The position numbers and the translations under genes were made by a program. A DNA stretch of 64,000 nt from a virus. Taxonomy: Duplodnaviria; Caudoviricetes. Below are positions 38,206-48,429 of this stretch, one piece after another. Under the pieces are notes generated by a model. It was not told the origin of the DNA, ran no database searches, and saw only the letters and a list, made by a program, of their open reading frames with translations. The stretch lies in IMG/VR virus record IMGVR_UViG_3300030376_006242; one strand, written 5' to 3'. How positions within the stretch are numbered: the first letter of the stretch is position 1; every line of letters starts with the position of its first letter.

Positions 38206-38864
38206 AAAATATAATATTACAACATTGGTCAGGAGAACTAGGACCTCTAGAATTGGCATCTAAAGCAAATATGGAAAAATATGCCAAACATTGTGGTGCT
38301 GAATATCAATTAATTTTAGGAAACCAGTTTCATCCAAAGTTACATTCATGTTATCAAAAATTAATAATGTTAGACAAAAGATTTGACAAATATCAAGATA
38401 CATTAATGGTAGATTTAGATATGTTTGTGGTAAAAAATGTTAAAGAAAATGTGTTCCATGTACCAGGAGTTGGATTAAATTCAAAAGTACAAAAAGATAT
38501 TTTCAAGGCTATGTGTAAAGGTAAAAAATATCGATCAGTTACAGATAAAAATGGTCCTTTTTGGGGTGGAGCATTTTGGAAATTTACCAATGAGCAAAGA
38601 AAACAATTAAGAAAATTTATAGTGGATAAAGAACTGAAAATATTCAATAAAAATTTTAATGATGAGGGAGCAATTCACAGATTAGCAACTCTAGCCGGTT
38701 TAAAACAAATAGATGTGCCAGAAGAATGGTGTTGGGGAAATTGTTTTCCTGGATATGAAAACGCAAAAATGATACATATCAGACACAAATTTAAATACGC
38801 AGGACCAAAAGTTCCTAAATTAGAAGTTTTTGAACAACTGAAAAAAGAAGGAATTTTTGAGTAA
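38202..38864 (+). CDS. Putative GT-A glycosyltransferase
   Basis: QKLIML, MVDLDMF and NDEG; paralog-like to its neighbours. Confidence 0.6.
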   Translation: MKNIILQHWSGELGPLELASKANMEKYAKHCGAEYQLILGNQFHPKLHSCYQKLIMLDKRFDKYQDTLMVDLDMFVVKNVKENVFHVPGVGLNSKVQKDIFKAMCKGKKYRSVTDKNGPFWGGAFWKFTNEQRKQLRKFIVDKELKIFNKNFNDEGAIHRLATLAGLKQIDVPEEWCWGNCFPGYENAKMIHIRHKFKYAGPKVPKLEVFEQLKKEGIFE

Positions 38865-38897
38865 TCAGTTGTGCCGATGATGTCAAATAGTGGCACA

Positions 38898-38903
38898 TAA
38901 ATA
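38898..38903 (+). promoter_or_regulatory. T4-late-like promoter core
   Basis: CATAAATAT followed by an AAGGAG SD; preceded by a TGTGCC/GGCACA inverted repeat. Confidence 0.55.
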
Positions 38904-38923
38904 TTTTCCAACAAGGAGATATA

Positions 38924-39778
38924 ATGAAAATATTGGTAACAGGTGCAACCGGATACATCGGTGCCCACTATGTTAAAGTTGCGGCAGAACATGGTCATGA
39001 AGTAGTCGCTACTGATTTTAATTTTAATCAAAATAACATAGAAAAATATTCATCACAAATTATTGATTGGGACTTTCGTAAACCTTCGCCAATGAAGATG
39101 TCGTTTGACAAAGTAGTGCATATTGGAGCAATGGGTTCAGTGCCTTTGTCAGTAAAAAATCCTTGGTTATATTATGAAACGAATGTAGTTGGTACAAAGA
39201 ACGTAATTGACTTTGCTGAATGTGATCACTTTGTTTATTGTTCTACAGGTTCAGCATTTGACCCTGCGGCATCACCATATGCTACTACAAAGTATGGTGG
39301 CGAATTACTTACAAAACAGTTTAAAGAGAATTACAGTCTCGTTCGATTCTACAATGTGTGTGGTAATGACGGCTTTAATAAATTTGACACCAAATATTCT
39401 CATCTAATAAGAAAAGCCGCGGCAGTGGCAAACGGAAAATTTGATACACTTGAAATCTTTGGTACTGATTATGATACTCGCGATGGAACTTGTATTAGGA
39501 ATTATACTCATGTAGTAGACATTGTTGATTCTCTACAAAAAGTTGTAGAAAATAAACCAACCGGAGTTATAGATTGTCTTGGATCGCCAGAAGGTGTATC
39601 TGTGAGAGAAGTTATTGATACAATGTGTAACGTATCAAAGAAAAATCTACATATCGTTGAAAAAGGAAGAAGACTAGGTGATATTGCTATATCAACTGTA
39701 CCAGATAAATCAATTTACTTTAAGCAAACTAAATCAGTTGCTGATATGTGTATAGATGCTCTGGAGCATGAAGTATGA
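38924..39778 (+). CDS. galE: NAD-dependent nucleotide-sugar epimerase (UDP-glucose 4-epimerase-like)
   Basis: VTGATGYIG, YYETNVVGT, YATTK, RFYNVCG and IFGTDYDTRDGTCIRNYTHV. Confidence 0.8.
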   Translation: MKILVTGATGYIGAHYVKVAAEHGHEVVATDFNFNQNNIEKYSSQIIDWDFRKPSPMKMSFDKVVHIGAMGSVPLSVKNPWLYYETNVVGTKNVIDFAECDHFVYCSTGSAFDPAASPYATTKYGGELLTKQFKENYSLVRFYNVCGNDGFNKFDTKYSHLIRKAAAVANGKFDTLEIFGTDYDTRDGTCIRNYTHVVDIVDSLQKVVENKPTGVIDCLGSPEGVSVREVIDTMCNVSKKNLHIVEKGRRLGDIAISTVPDKSIYFKQTKSVADMCIDALEHEV

Positions 39779-40500
39779 CCTTATGGGAAAGGATGTTAAC
39801 AAGTATTCAATTTGAATTTAGAAATAAAGAAAACTTCCTACAGCATAAAACTATTTCAAAAACAATCAGTCCAAATCAAAGAAAAAATACATTAATTCAT
39901 TTAAATTACGTTAAGAAAGACAAATATTTTTTGAATGAAGTCTTACCTAAAGTTCTTGATTCAACAGTTGGTGGCCCAAAACTATTCCAAGGAGTCAGTC
40001 AAGGAACTGCTCAGCATTGTCATTACTTAATGGTGATGCTAGAACATCTTGGTTTAAAGATAACAGACTTTAATCATATATCCGATATTGGAGGCGGGTA
40101 TGGTAATTTCTATAGAATGGCAAAGTTGTTAGGATACAAAGGAAATTTTGATATAGCCGATTTTCCAGTGATGCATGAAATACAAGAATATTATATAAAG
40201 CAACATAATCTTGATATGCCAAATTTTATCGGCATTAGAGATTTAAATCCAGTTAGTAAAAGCATTCTTTTTGGATTTCATAGTATTAATGAAATGCCTC
40301 TTTCTGATAGAAATATTCTTGAAAAAAAGTATTATCTTTATGACCATGTAATGATACTTTACAATAGTATATTTGACGGTATTGACAACTTTGAATATTT
40401 TAGTAGTTTAAAAGAACGCATGAGTAAAGATTTCACAGTAAACATAATTCAAGCACCACTGAAATCTAACGGTGCTTTTTTTATAGGATCAAAAAAATGA
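39775..40500 (+). CDS. Putative sugar O-methyltransferase
   Basis: DIGGGYG SAM motif, ADFP and HSINEMP. Confidence 0.65.
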   Translation: MTLWERMLTSIQFEFRNKENFLQHKTISKTISPNQRKNTLIHLNYVKKDKYFLNEVLPKVLDSTVGGPKLFQGVSQGTAQHCHYLMVMLEHLGLKITDFNHISDIGGGYGNFYRMAKLLGYKGNFDIADFPVMHEIQEYYIKQHNLDMPNFIGIRDLNPVSKSILFGFHSINEMPLSDRNILEKKYYLYDHVMILYNSIFDGIDNFEYFSSLKERMSKDFTVNIIQAPLKSNGAFFIGSKK

Positions 40501-41651
40501 ACCCAAATGATTTGTTAACGCACAAACGATTTGACGTCGTTGTCAAATATATGTATGCGAAGAATCTATCAAGTGAATTTTATAAAAGTGTCTACAAAGA
40601 ACATCTCAGAATTTGGAATGGCTTTAAGGAAGGAAACCCAAAAAAGAATGGGTTTGAAGAATTTGACAATGCCTTTAAATCAATTATTAATAACACAGTC
40701 GATGAACCAGTTCCAGTAAATCCTGACGGACATATTGCCAATGGTGCTCATAGATTAGCCGCCGCATTATATCATCAAAGACCTATTAATACTAGAAGTA
40801 CAAATTCAGATGAAAATTATCCCATTGAAGCCGATTATAGAGTCTTTTTAAATAAAGGGTTACATAAGCATATGTTACAAAGAACTGCACTGGAGTATGC
40901 TAAACTAAAATCCAATACTCATGTTATATGTTTGTTTCCTATTGCCCATTCACGCTTTGATGAAGTAATCAATATAATTAAGAAACATTCTAATATATTT
41001 TACAAATCATCAGAAGTAATAAATCGCACAGGACAACTTGGTTTAATAAAAGAAATATATCTTTCTGATGGTTGGGCAAGTGAAAAAGGAATAATGAAAA
41101 AATGTAAACAGTGTTTCAGAGGAAATAACAATGTAACCTTTCTGTTAATAGATGCACAAAATCTTGAAATTGTAAAAGAAATGAAAAAAGAGATAAGAGC
41201 ATTATTCAAAGTTGGTAATCATTCTGTTCACATTAATGACTATCATGAAGACACAATTCGCATAGCAAAAACAGTATTCAATGACAATAGCCTACATTTT
41301 CTTAATAATAGGAAAAACGTTTTGTTTCCCAATTACAAAAAACTAATGACTAACATTAAACCAAATGACAATGAAATAATCACAGGTTCAACAGTCCTAT
41401 CATTATATGGATTACGAGACTGTAAAGATATAGACAAAATTTATTACAATAATCCACCTGCTGACTCTCATAATCAATATGTGGGAACACTGTATAAATT
41501 GACTCTAGATGATATTTTTAATAATCCAAAGCATCATCTATATTACAATGGATTTAAATATGTTTCTCTTGAAGTTATAAAAAATATGAAGCAAATACGG
41601 AATGAACCAAAAGATATTATAGACGTAAGATTAGCAGAGCAAATAAAATGA
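40497..41651 (+). CDS. Hypothetical protein with a ParB/Srx-like N-terminal motif and a nucleotidyltransferase-like C-terminal motif
   Basis: IANGAHRLAAA; HSVHIND; IITGSTVLSLYGLRDCKDID. Confidence 0.55.
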   Translation: MNPNDLLTHKRFDVVVKYMYAKNLSSEFYKSVYKEHLRIWNGFKEGNPKKNGFEEFDNAFKSIINNTVDEPVPVNPDGHIANGAHRLAAALYHQRPINTRSTNSDENYPIEADYRVFLNKGLHKHMLQRTALEYAKLKSNTHVICLFPIAHSRFDEVINIIKKHSNIFYKSSEVINRTGQLGLIKEIYLSDGWASEKGIMKKCKQCFRGNNNVTFLLIDAQNLEIVKEMKKEIRALFKVGNHSVHINDYHEDTIRIAKTVFNDNSLHFLNNRKNVLFPNYKKLMTNIKPNDNEIITGSTVLSLYGLRDCKDIDKIYYNNPPADSHNQYVGTLYKLTLDDIFNNPKHHLYYNGFKYVSLEVIKNMKQIRNEPKDIIDVRLAEQIK

Positions 41652-42466
41652 AAAATTTAATTTATCAAGTGTGGGCTGGTGAGATGAGACCTGGTTGTAG
41701 ATACAGTGAAAAACTTTTTAGACAATATGCACAAAGCATTGGAGCAGATTACAGATTAGATATAGATCCTAATATTGCCAGCAAGTATGTTAAAGGTAAA
41801 AACGGTATGTACTTTGAATGGTTGAACCCTATGTTAGATGATTCATTTTTAGAATACGACAAAGTCTGTGTAATTGATTTAGATGTTTTTCCAGTCGAGA
41901 ATTTGACAGCAAATATTTTTGACGAGCCAATTAAAGACTTTGGCATCTGTACTGAACCCTTCCAAGGCAAGTATCGCGAATCTACAACTATAGGTAAAAA
42001 CATAAACAAGAAAAGTGATGAACGTTGGGCTCAAGCAATTAAATCAAAATACGGTGCGACTATGCCTCGAGATTCCGACGGTCATCTCAAAGTATATAAT
42101 GCTGGTATGGTGATGTTCACAAAGAAAGGTATGCAACTCGCTAGAGAAAAATTTGTACCCTTTAAAGAATATATGCATTATATTAAATCTTGTGGCTTAG
42201 GTAGATTCTATAGAGTGGATCAAAATTATTTTCATGCCATGATGGTGACGCATAGTGAATACACTGAAATGCATAATGGATGGAATAATTATATCCACGG
42301 TGTTTGTGGTCCTTTAGCATTACAAGATACAATTAATGATAGTAGGGACACATCTACTAAATTTGTTCATGTTCAATTGCGTGGTGCAGATTATTTTAGT
42401 GACGAACAACTATATCATATTACAAATTCAGCAAGATCAAAATGGAACGTGGAAGGTATATCATGA
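41648..42466 (+). CDS. Putative GT-A glycosyltransferase
   Basis: VIDLDVF, YNAGMVMF, DQNYF and WNN. Confidence 0.7.
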   Translation: MKNLIYQVWAGEMRPGCRYSEKLFRQYAQSIGADYRLDIDPNIASKYVKGKNGMYFEWLNPMLDDSFLEYDKVCVIDLDVFPVENLTANIFDEPIKDFGICTEPFQGKYRESTTIGKNINKKSDERWAQAIKSKYGATMPRDSDGHLKVYNAGMVMFTKKGMQLAREKFVPFKEYMHYIKSCGLGRFYRVDQNYFHAMMVTHSEYTEMHNGWNNYIHGVCGPLALQDTINDSRDTSTKFVHVQLRGADYFSDEQLYHITNSARSKWNVEGIS

Positions 42467-43023
42467 TAGTAGCAAATCTTAAAGAAGCAACAAACATCAC
42501 TGAGTATCAAACTTCGTTAAAACAACAATTACAAAAAGCACATGGCGAACAATACACAGATTATCTAGACGAAATTTCTAGATTAACAAAAAATTGTAAA
42601 TCTTATAGAGAAATAGGTACGTTTCAGGGTGCTTCTACATCTACAGCATTGATGAACAATATCCCATATGTTGAAACTATTGACCTTGACTTTGTTCATA
42701 TTAATCCACATAAACATATTTTTGAAACACACGCACAACAAAATCAAATCGAATTTAAAATGATTCAGACTGATTCACTGAAATACAACATAGATAAAAA
42801 AACTGAAGTGCTTTTAGTAGACGGATATCATAACGCAAAACACGTGGCAAAAGAATTAAACAAGTATGCTCCGTGGACAGCACACACTATTGTTCTACAT
42901 GATACGACACTATTTCCAAGATTATGGAAAACTGTAAATAATTTTTTATCGTCTAATCAAGACTGGAAACTTGTTTATAGGCACACAGTGAATGCAGGCT
43001 ACACGGTATTAGGAAAGAAATAA
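42463..43023 (+). CDS. Class I SAM-dependent methyltransferase (Methyltransf_24-like)
   Basis: EIGTFQGAS, LLVDGYH and IVLHDT. Confidence 0.8.
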   Translation: MIVANLKEATNITEYQTSLKQQLQKAHGEQYTDYLDEISRLTKNCKSYREIGTFQGASTSTALMNNIPYVETIDLDFVHINPHKHIFETHAQQNQIEFKMIQTDSLKYNIDKKTEVLLVDGYHNAKHVAKELNKYAPWTAHTIVLHDTTLFPRLWKTVNNFLSSNQDWKLVYRHTVNAGYTVLGKK

Positions 43024-43024
43024 A

Positions 43025-43627
43025 ATGAGTTTAAAAGAAATTTTTATAAAAAACAAATGCGATAAAGCAACAAAGCATAGATATTATGAATTGTATCAAC
43101 AAGATTTTGACAAATTTAAAAATGATCAAATTAACATATTAGAAATTGGCACTTTCAAAGGTGAAAGCACTCAATCCTGGCTTGATTATTTTTCCCAAGC
43201 AAAAATTTACACAGCAGACACATTTGAAAGAGTGGCTCCAGAGAAAGTTCCTGCTTTAAAAAATAATCGTGTAAAATGGTTCAAGGTTGATAGTACTTCA
43301 ACAAACTGTAAAGCAAATTTTAAAAATCTAAATATTCAATTCGATTTGATCATTGATGATGGACTACACACACCTGAAGGTCAGAGATTGACCTTTGAAA
43401 ATTTGATTGACTTTTTAAAACCTACAGGTTCATATTATATTGAAGATGTATGGATGCTGGACAAAGGAAACAATATGTCACACTGGTGGGTTAAAAAACA
43501 TCCAAAAGACTTTACCATAGAAAAATATAACCAATTAATACAATCAATTAATAAGTTCAAAGTTACAGAATATGATTATAGCAGTAAAAAAATTCCTGAC
43601 AGTTTTATTTTAAAAATTAACAAATGA
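43025..43627 (+). CDS. Class I SAM-dependent (sugar O-) methyltransferase
   Basis: DKATKHRY, ILEIGTFKGES, DLIIDDGLH and YYIEDV. Confidence 0.8.
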   Translation: MSLKEIFIKNKCDKATKHRYYELYQQDFDKFKNDQINILEIGTFKGESTQSWLDYFSQAKIYTADTFERVAPEKVPALKNNRVKWFKVDSTSTNCKANFKNLNIQFDLIIDDGLHTPEGQRLTFENLIDFLKPTGSYYIEDVWMLDKGNNMSHWWVKKHPKDFTIEKYNQLIQSINKFKVTEYDYSSKKIPDSFILKINK

Positions 43628-44292
43628 AAGCATTTATAATAACATTAATGAATGACGCATGGAGTTTATCCTATGCTGAACGCTGTTTACAGAGTATACA
43701 AGACACAGAAAGTGATATAGAAGCCACACTATTCGACGCCACTACTCCACAAACAATTTTTCCTGTTGCGTGGACTTGGCCCACAGGCAAAAAAATTACT
43801 TGTCCTAAAACAAATTTATTTCTAAAACCATACAAAACTTATGACAATAACAAACGCATAGCCGCGGCACAAAGTCATTTTAGATTATGGCAAATGTGTG
43901 CGTCTATGAACGAACCTATTATGATATTAGAACATGACGCTTTATTCACACGTAAATTTACAGCACAAGAAACGTCTGCTAAAGTTGTAGGAGCATACAG
44001 TATAAATGACCCAAAAGGTGCAACGTTTAAATCAAAAGATTATTCAAACAAATTAAAAGAAGGATTTAATGAGGTGCCTTGGGTTGCACCTGAAAATATT
44101 CCGCAAGGACTGCCAGGTCATTCTGCTTATGTAATAACTCCTTGGGCGGCAAGAGACATAATACAAAAGCAAGACAGTATAGGTTGGTGGCCCAACGACG
44201 CCATAATGTGTAAGCAGTTGTGTAATTGGTTGTATGTTTACAAACCATTCTTTACCAAAACACAAGGCATCAAATCTACTACTTCCTTATAA
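43624..44292 (+). CDS. Glycosyltransferase, GT25-like
   Basis: AFIITL, SHFRLW, MILEHDA and GHSAYVITP. Confidence 0.75.
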   Translation: MKAFIITLMNDAWSLSYAERCLQSIQDTESDIEATLFDATTPQTIFPVAWTWPTGKKITCPKTNLFLKPYKTYDNNKRIAAAQSHFRLWQMCASMNEPIMILEHDALFTRKFTAQETSAKVVGAYSINDPKGATFKSKDYSNKLKEGFNEVPWVAPENIPQGLPGHSAYVITPWAARDIIQKQDSIGWWPNDAIMCKQLCNWLYVYKPFFTKTQGIKSTTSL

Positions 44293-44323
44293 ATTTACCA
44301 ATAAATATTTCAAACAAAACACC

Positions 44324-45004
44324 ATGAAAATATACGTAGGATATGACACAAGAGAAGACATTGCCTATCAAGTGTGTGAACATTCAATATACAGCAATTC
44401 TTCAGATGCTCAAGTTGTTCCATTGAATCAACAATCATTGCGACAAGATAAATGGTATTGGAGAGAATTAGACAAACTAGCCTCAACAGAATTTACATTC
44501 ACAAGATTTTTAATACCAGCACTAGAAAATTATAAAGGTTGGGCATTGTTTTGTGATTCCGATATAGTTTTTACAACTGATATAAAAGAGTTATTTGACC
44601 AAGCAGATGACAAGTATGCTGTAATGTGTGTCAAACATGACTACACACCCAAGCCAGGAATCAAAATGGACGGACAAAAACAAACTGTGTATCCAAGAAA
44701 AAATTGGAGTTCTGTTGTGCTATACAACTGTGGACACAAATCAAATGAAAAATTATCAGTAGATTTAGTAAACAATCCAAACTATGATGGAGCATATTTT
44801 CACAGATTTAGTTGGTTAAAAGATGAAGAAATAGGCACACTGTCGCATGAATGGAATTGGCTTGTGGGTTGGTACAAAGAGCCACAAGATGGTGAGCCGA
44901 AAGCCTTACACTACACTGAAGGCGGCCCGTGGTTCAAAAATTATCGTAATTGCGAATACGGTGATGTTTGGAAAAAATATCTCAACACCATGATGAGCAA
45001 ATGA
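44324..45004 (+). CDS. GT-A glycosyltransferase (GT8-like)
   Basis: YVGYDTRE, STEFTFTRF, FCDSD, RKNWSS, WNWLVG and HYTEGGPW; TAAATA at 44302-44307. Confidence 0.8.
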   Translation: MKIYVGYDTREDIAYQVCEHSIYSNSSDAQVVPLNQQSLRQDKWYWRELDKLASTEFTFTRFLIPALENYKGWALFCDSDIVFTTDIKELFDQADDKYAVMCVKHDYTPKPGIKMDGQKQTVYPRKNWSSVVLYNCGHKSNEKLSVDLVNNPNYDGAYFHRFSWLKDEEIGTLSHEWNWLVGWYKEPQDGEPKALHYTEGGPWFKNYRNCEYGDVWKKYLNTMMSK

Positions 45005-45005
45005 T

Positions 45006-45803
45006 ATGCACTACTATTTTGATGGGGAAGATCAGATATTACAACATTGGAACCAAGGATTAGGTAGCCATTATCTTCCTTACGAAGAAATAAAGAAAAC
45101 ATCACTAGATAACACAGTAAGTTTTAGAAGTTTAGCCAAAAGAAAAATAATAAGAGACTGTAAACAATCCGGTAGAACTTTTTATTATATTGATACAGGA
45201 TATGTTGGAAATCTTATTAAAACAAAATTATATCATAGAGTAGTTAAAAATGACGTACAACATAGCACAGTGTTTGACGCCCCAGACGATCGTTGGCGTA
45301 AAATACAATCACGAAGTCCGGAATTGGAATTTGTAGAGTGGCGTAAAAATCATAAAGGCAAAATTTTACTTGTAACTCCAAGTGAAAAGCCTTGCAAGTT
45401 TTATAACATAGACAGAGATCGTTGGGTCGCAGATACAATAGAAACATTGAAGAAACACACTGATAGAGAAATAATTGTAAGAGACAAAGGTAAAAGGCAT
45501 GAAAGAGTTGGCGAAGGTAGTGTGCCTAAATATCTAATAAAAGAAAAAATATATGCAACTGTAACTTATCAATCTATTGCGGCAATAGAGAGTGTGTGCG
45601 TAGGAGTACCTGCTTTTACAATGGAAAAAACTGCGGCTGACAGTGTTACATCTAAAGATTTAAGTAAAATAGAAACACCTTTTTATCCAGATAGAGATCA
45701 AGTACACAAATGGCAACATTGGTTAGCATACTGCCAATATCATGTAAGTGAACTTGGTTCCGGAGAAGCAAGTAGGATTATGGAGAGATACAAATTGTTA
45801 TGA
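45006..45803 (+). CDS. Capsule-synthesis (KpsS/KpsC-like) GT-B protein
   Basis: YIDTGY, IIVRDK and VTYQSIAAIESVCVGVPAF. Confidence 0.5.
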   Translation: MHYYFDGEDQILQHWNQGLGSHYLPYEEIKKTSLDNTVSFRSLAKRKIIRDCKQSGRTFYYIDTGYVGNLIKTKLYHRVVKNDVQHSTVFDAPDDRWRKIQSRSPELEFVEWRKNHKGKILLVTPSEKPCKFYNIDRDRWVADTIETLKKHTDREIIVRDKGKRHERVGEGSVPKYLIKEKIYATVTYQSIAAIESVCVGVPAFTMEKTAADSVTSKDLSKIETPFYPDRDQVHKWQHWLAYCQYHVSELGSGEASRIMERYKLL

Positions 45804-46747
45804 TAAATGTTGTAGCCTACATGAAGGTTATTCCTCCTGGGAATAAAAAACCACAAAAGCCTTTAATAATAAAAAACTTTATCGATGGTGTTAATGCCTG
45901 CGGAGACAAAGGAGTAATAAGCAATTCTTGGCAGTTAATACCTGCAGATGTTTCTGTATTACAAGGATTTGTACATCAGCAACCTCAAAAACATAGACAT
46001 CTTATGTTAAGAAAAACTGTGTTTGAACAACAGCAAAAACGAAACAAACGCACTATGATTGTAGACTCTAGTTTATTTTTGTATGCTGATCCCAAGCAAT
46101 CAAAAAATTATTTACGATATGGTTATGATGGAATTTTTCCTAACACAGCAGAATATTGTTGGGACAATCCAGATCCACAACGTTGGGAAGTAATTAAAAA
46201 AGATTTAGGTATAGATTTAAAACCATGGAGATTGAGTGGAGGAAAATATATTTTAGTTTGTTGTCAAAGAGATGGTGGCTGGAGCATGGACGGCTTAAAA
46301 GTAAATGTTTGGTTACAACACGTGATTGAACAAATTAGAAAATTTACAAAAAAAGAAATAAGAATTAGATTTCACCCTGGTGACAAAGCATCATCGCAAT
46401 GGGCATCACTTGTGAGACAATGGATAAACAGTGGACAGCCAAAATATCAAAATATTGAAATAAGTGGTGCAAAAAATCTTATAGATGAATTTGCACTTGC
46501 TCATGCGGTAGTTGGTCATAACTCTAGTCCTACTGTTGCTTCTGTGATTGAAGGTATCCCAACACTAGTTACTGATCCAGAGAGAGCACAGATAAACGGA
46601 GTCAATCAAGTTAAATGGGAAGACTTAGATTCACCTACTCCGTATGACAGAGAATTATGGATTAGAAGACTTGCACAAATACATTGGACACTAGATGAAG
46701 TAAAATCAGGATTGGCATGGAAACATTTAAGGAAGTATGTCAAATGA
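45800..46747 (+). CDS. Capsule-synthesis (KpsS/KpsC-like) GT-B protein
   Basis: ILVCCQ, IRIRFHPG and VVGHNSSPTVASVIEGIP. Confidence 0.55.
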   Translation: MINVVAYMKVIPPGNKKPQKPLIIKNFIDGVNACGDKGVISNSWQLIPADVSVLQGFVHQQPQKHRHLMLRKTVFEQQQKRNKRTMIVDSSLFLYADPKQSKNYLRYGYDGIFPNTAEYCWDNPDPQRWEVIKKDLGIDLKPWRLSGGKYILVCCQRDGGWSMDGLKVNVWLQHVIEQIRKFTKKEIRIRFHPGDKASSQWASLVRQWINSGQPKYQNIEISGAKNLIDEFALAHAVVGHNSSPTVASVIEGIPTLVTDPERAQINGVNQVKWEDLDSPTPYDRELWIRRLAQIHWTLDEVKSGLAWKHLRKYVK

Positions 46748-47580
46748 TTACAACACTTACAACTTTTCATAAACCTGGATTAGACTTATATGGACAAAGA
46801 TTCATAGATAGTTTTGCTAAAAATGTAGATAAAAAGATTAAATTATTGGTGTACGCAGAAAACTGTACACCTGTAAATCCAGATAATAAACAAATAACAA
46901 TAATAGATGCTAAAGAACTTATAAAATTAAATCAATTTAAATCACGTTGGGGTAATGTTCCTAAAGCAAATGGTAAATGTCCTTTCCCAGAAAAGCGACC
47001 AAGAGATCATCATAAAGAATTTAAATGGGACGCAATAAGATTTGCCAACAAAGTTTATGCTGTGTTTGATGCTGTAACAAGAACAGATGATCAGTGGACA
47101 GTATGGATTGATGCAGATACATTTGTACATAGTCCTATATCTTACGAACAATTTGAAAATTTACTCCCAAATGATAAATGGATAACTTTTGTAGGTAGAG
47201 GTAAAGGTTCACAAACATGGCCCGAGTGCGGTTTCTATGGTTTAAACACGCAGACCGAAACTTGTAAAAGATTCTTATCTGAATTTGAACGTATGTATGA
47301 AGATGCTGACAACGGTATTTTTAAATTAGACGAATGGCATGATAGTTTTGTGTTTGGAAAAATATTAAATCAACTAACTCCTTTAGATAAAAATTTTTAT
47401 GATTATTCAACAGGCATATACAACAAAACTGCTAAAACAGGAGGCGGTGGTCATCCTTTAATTAATTCAGTATTGGGAAATTATTTTGATCACATGAAAG
47501 GAGCACGTAAAACAAAAGGTAAAAGTCAAAAAAAAGATTTGATATCCAATCGTGCTGAATCTTACTGGAATGAAGTTTAG
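46744..47580 (+). CDS. Putative GT-A glycosyltransferase
   Basis: RFANKVYA, WIDADT, ECGF, EWHDS and DHMKG. Confidence 0.65.
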   Translation: MITTLTTFHKPGLDLYGQRFIDSFAKNVDKKIKLLVYAENCTPVNPDNKQITIIDAKELIKLNQFKSRWGNVPKANGKCPFPEKRPRDHHKEFKWDAIRFANKVYAVFDAVTRTDDQWTVWIDADTFVHSPISYEQFENLLPNDKWITFVGRGKGSQTWPECGFYGLNTQTETCKRFLSEFERMYEDADNGIFKLDEWHDSFVFGKILNQLTPLDKNFYDYSTGIYNKTAKTGGGGHPLINSVLGNYFDHMKGARKTKGKSQKKDLISNRAESYWNEV

Positions 47581-48406
47581 TCTATTCACAAACAATGGTC
47601 CTCTGAACAGTCCTTTAGTCTGGGAGGCAGTCAAAGCAGGTCTTAATAGATTAGGACACAGTGTTGATGAAAATAATTTAGATACAGATATACCTGTAAT
47701 CTGGTCACTGCTATGGAATGGCAGAATGATGAAAAACAAATCTATTTGGAACACATTTAGACAACAACATAGAAAAGTGCTTGTTATAGAAGTAGGTGGC
47801 ATCAAAAGAAATATAACATGGAAAGTAGGAATAAACGGAATCAACAGAGCAGGAGAGTTTGGTCCGTTGAATAATAATGACTCAAGAGTAAAACAGTTTG
47901 AATTATCATTGCGTCCTTGGCGTACTGAAGGAGATCATATATTATTGTGTTTACAACACGACAAAAGCGAACAGTGGGCAAGTATGCCTCCTTTAGAAAA
48001 ATACGTCAAAGACACTGTTGAAAAAATACGACAATATACAGATAGAAAAATTGTTGTGAGACCTCATCCTAGATGTCCTTTAAAAAATATGCCTGTGTTA
48101 GACAACGTAGGTTATGAAATACCAAGACAGATTAAGAATACATATGATGATTTTGACCTAAATTTTGCCAATGCTTGGGCAGTGATAAGTCACAGCAGTA
48201 ACCCAGGAATTCATGCTGTATTGAATGGAATACCTGCTTTTGTCAGTGAAGAAAGCCTAGCATATGATGTAGGAAACTCTGATTTCAGCACCATTGCCAG
48301 CCCAAAGACCCCCGATAGACAGCAATGGCTGAATGATTACACACATACTGAGTGGACTATTGAAGAAATAGCACAAGGCATTCCTTTTTCCAGATTGACT
48401 TTTTAA
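47570..48406 (+). CDS. Capsule-synthesis (KpsS/KpsC-like) GT-B protein
   Basis: IEVG, LLCLQ, VVRPHPR and VISHSSNPGIHAVLNGIP. Confidence 0.55.
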   Translation: MKFSLFTNNGPLNSPLVWEAVKAGLNRLGHSVDENNLDTDIPVIWSLLWNGRMMKNKSIWNTFRQQHRKVLVIEVGGIKRNITWKVGINGINRAGEFGPLNNNDSRVKQFELSLRPWRTEGDHILLCLQHDKSEQWASMPPLEKYVKDTVEKIRQYTDRKIVVRPHPRCPLKNMPVLDNVGYEIPRQIKNTYDDFDLNFANAWAVISHSSNPGIHAVLNGIPAFVSEESLAYDVGNSDFSTIASPKTPDRQQWLNDYTHTEWTIEEIAQGIPFSRLTF

Positions 48407-48423
48407 CCAAAATCTATTATAAT
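48395..48423 (+). promoter_or_regulatory. Sigma70-type promoter
   Basis: TTGACT-17-TATAAT; ATG 6 nt downstream. Confidence 0.8.
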
Positions 48424-48429
48424 AATGGT

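Noticed and set aside
35280-48406. Bacterial chromosomal LPS/capsule locus (host contamination or prophage flank)
   Set aside because: It is embedded between uvsY and uvsW-operon genes, shares the phage TAAATA motif and composition, and lacks recognisable wzx/wzy/ABC export genes.
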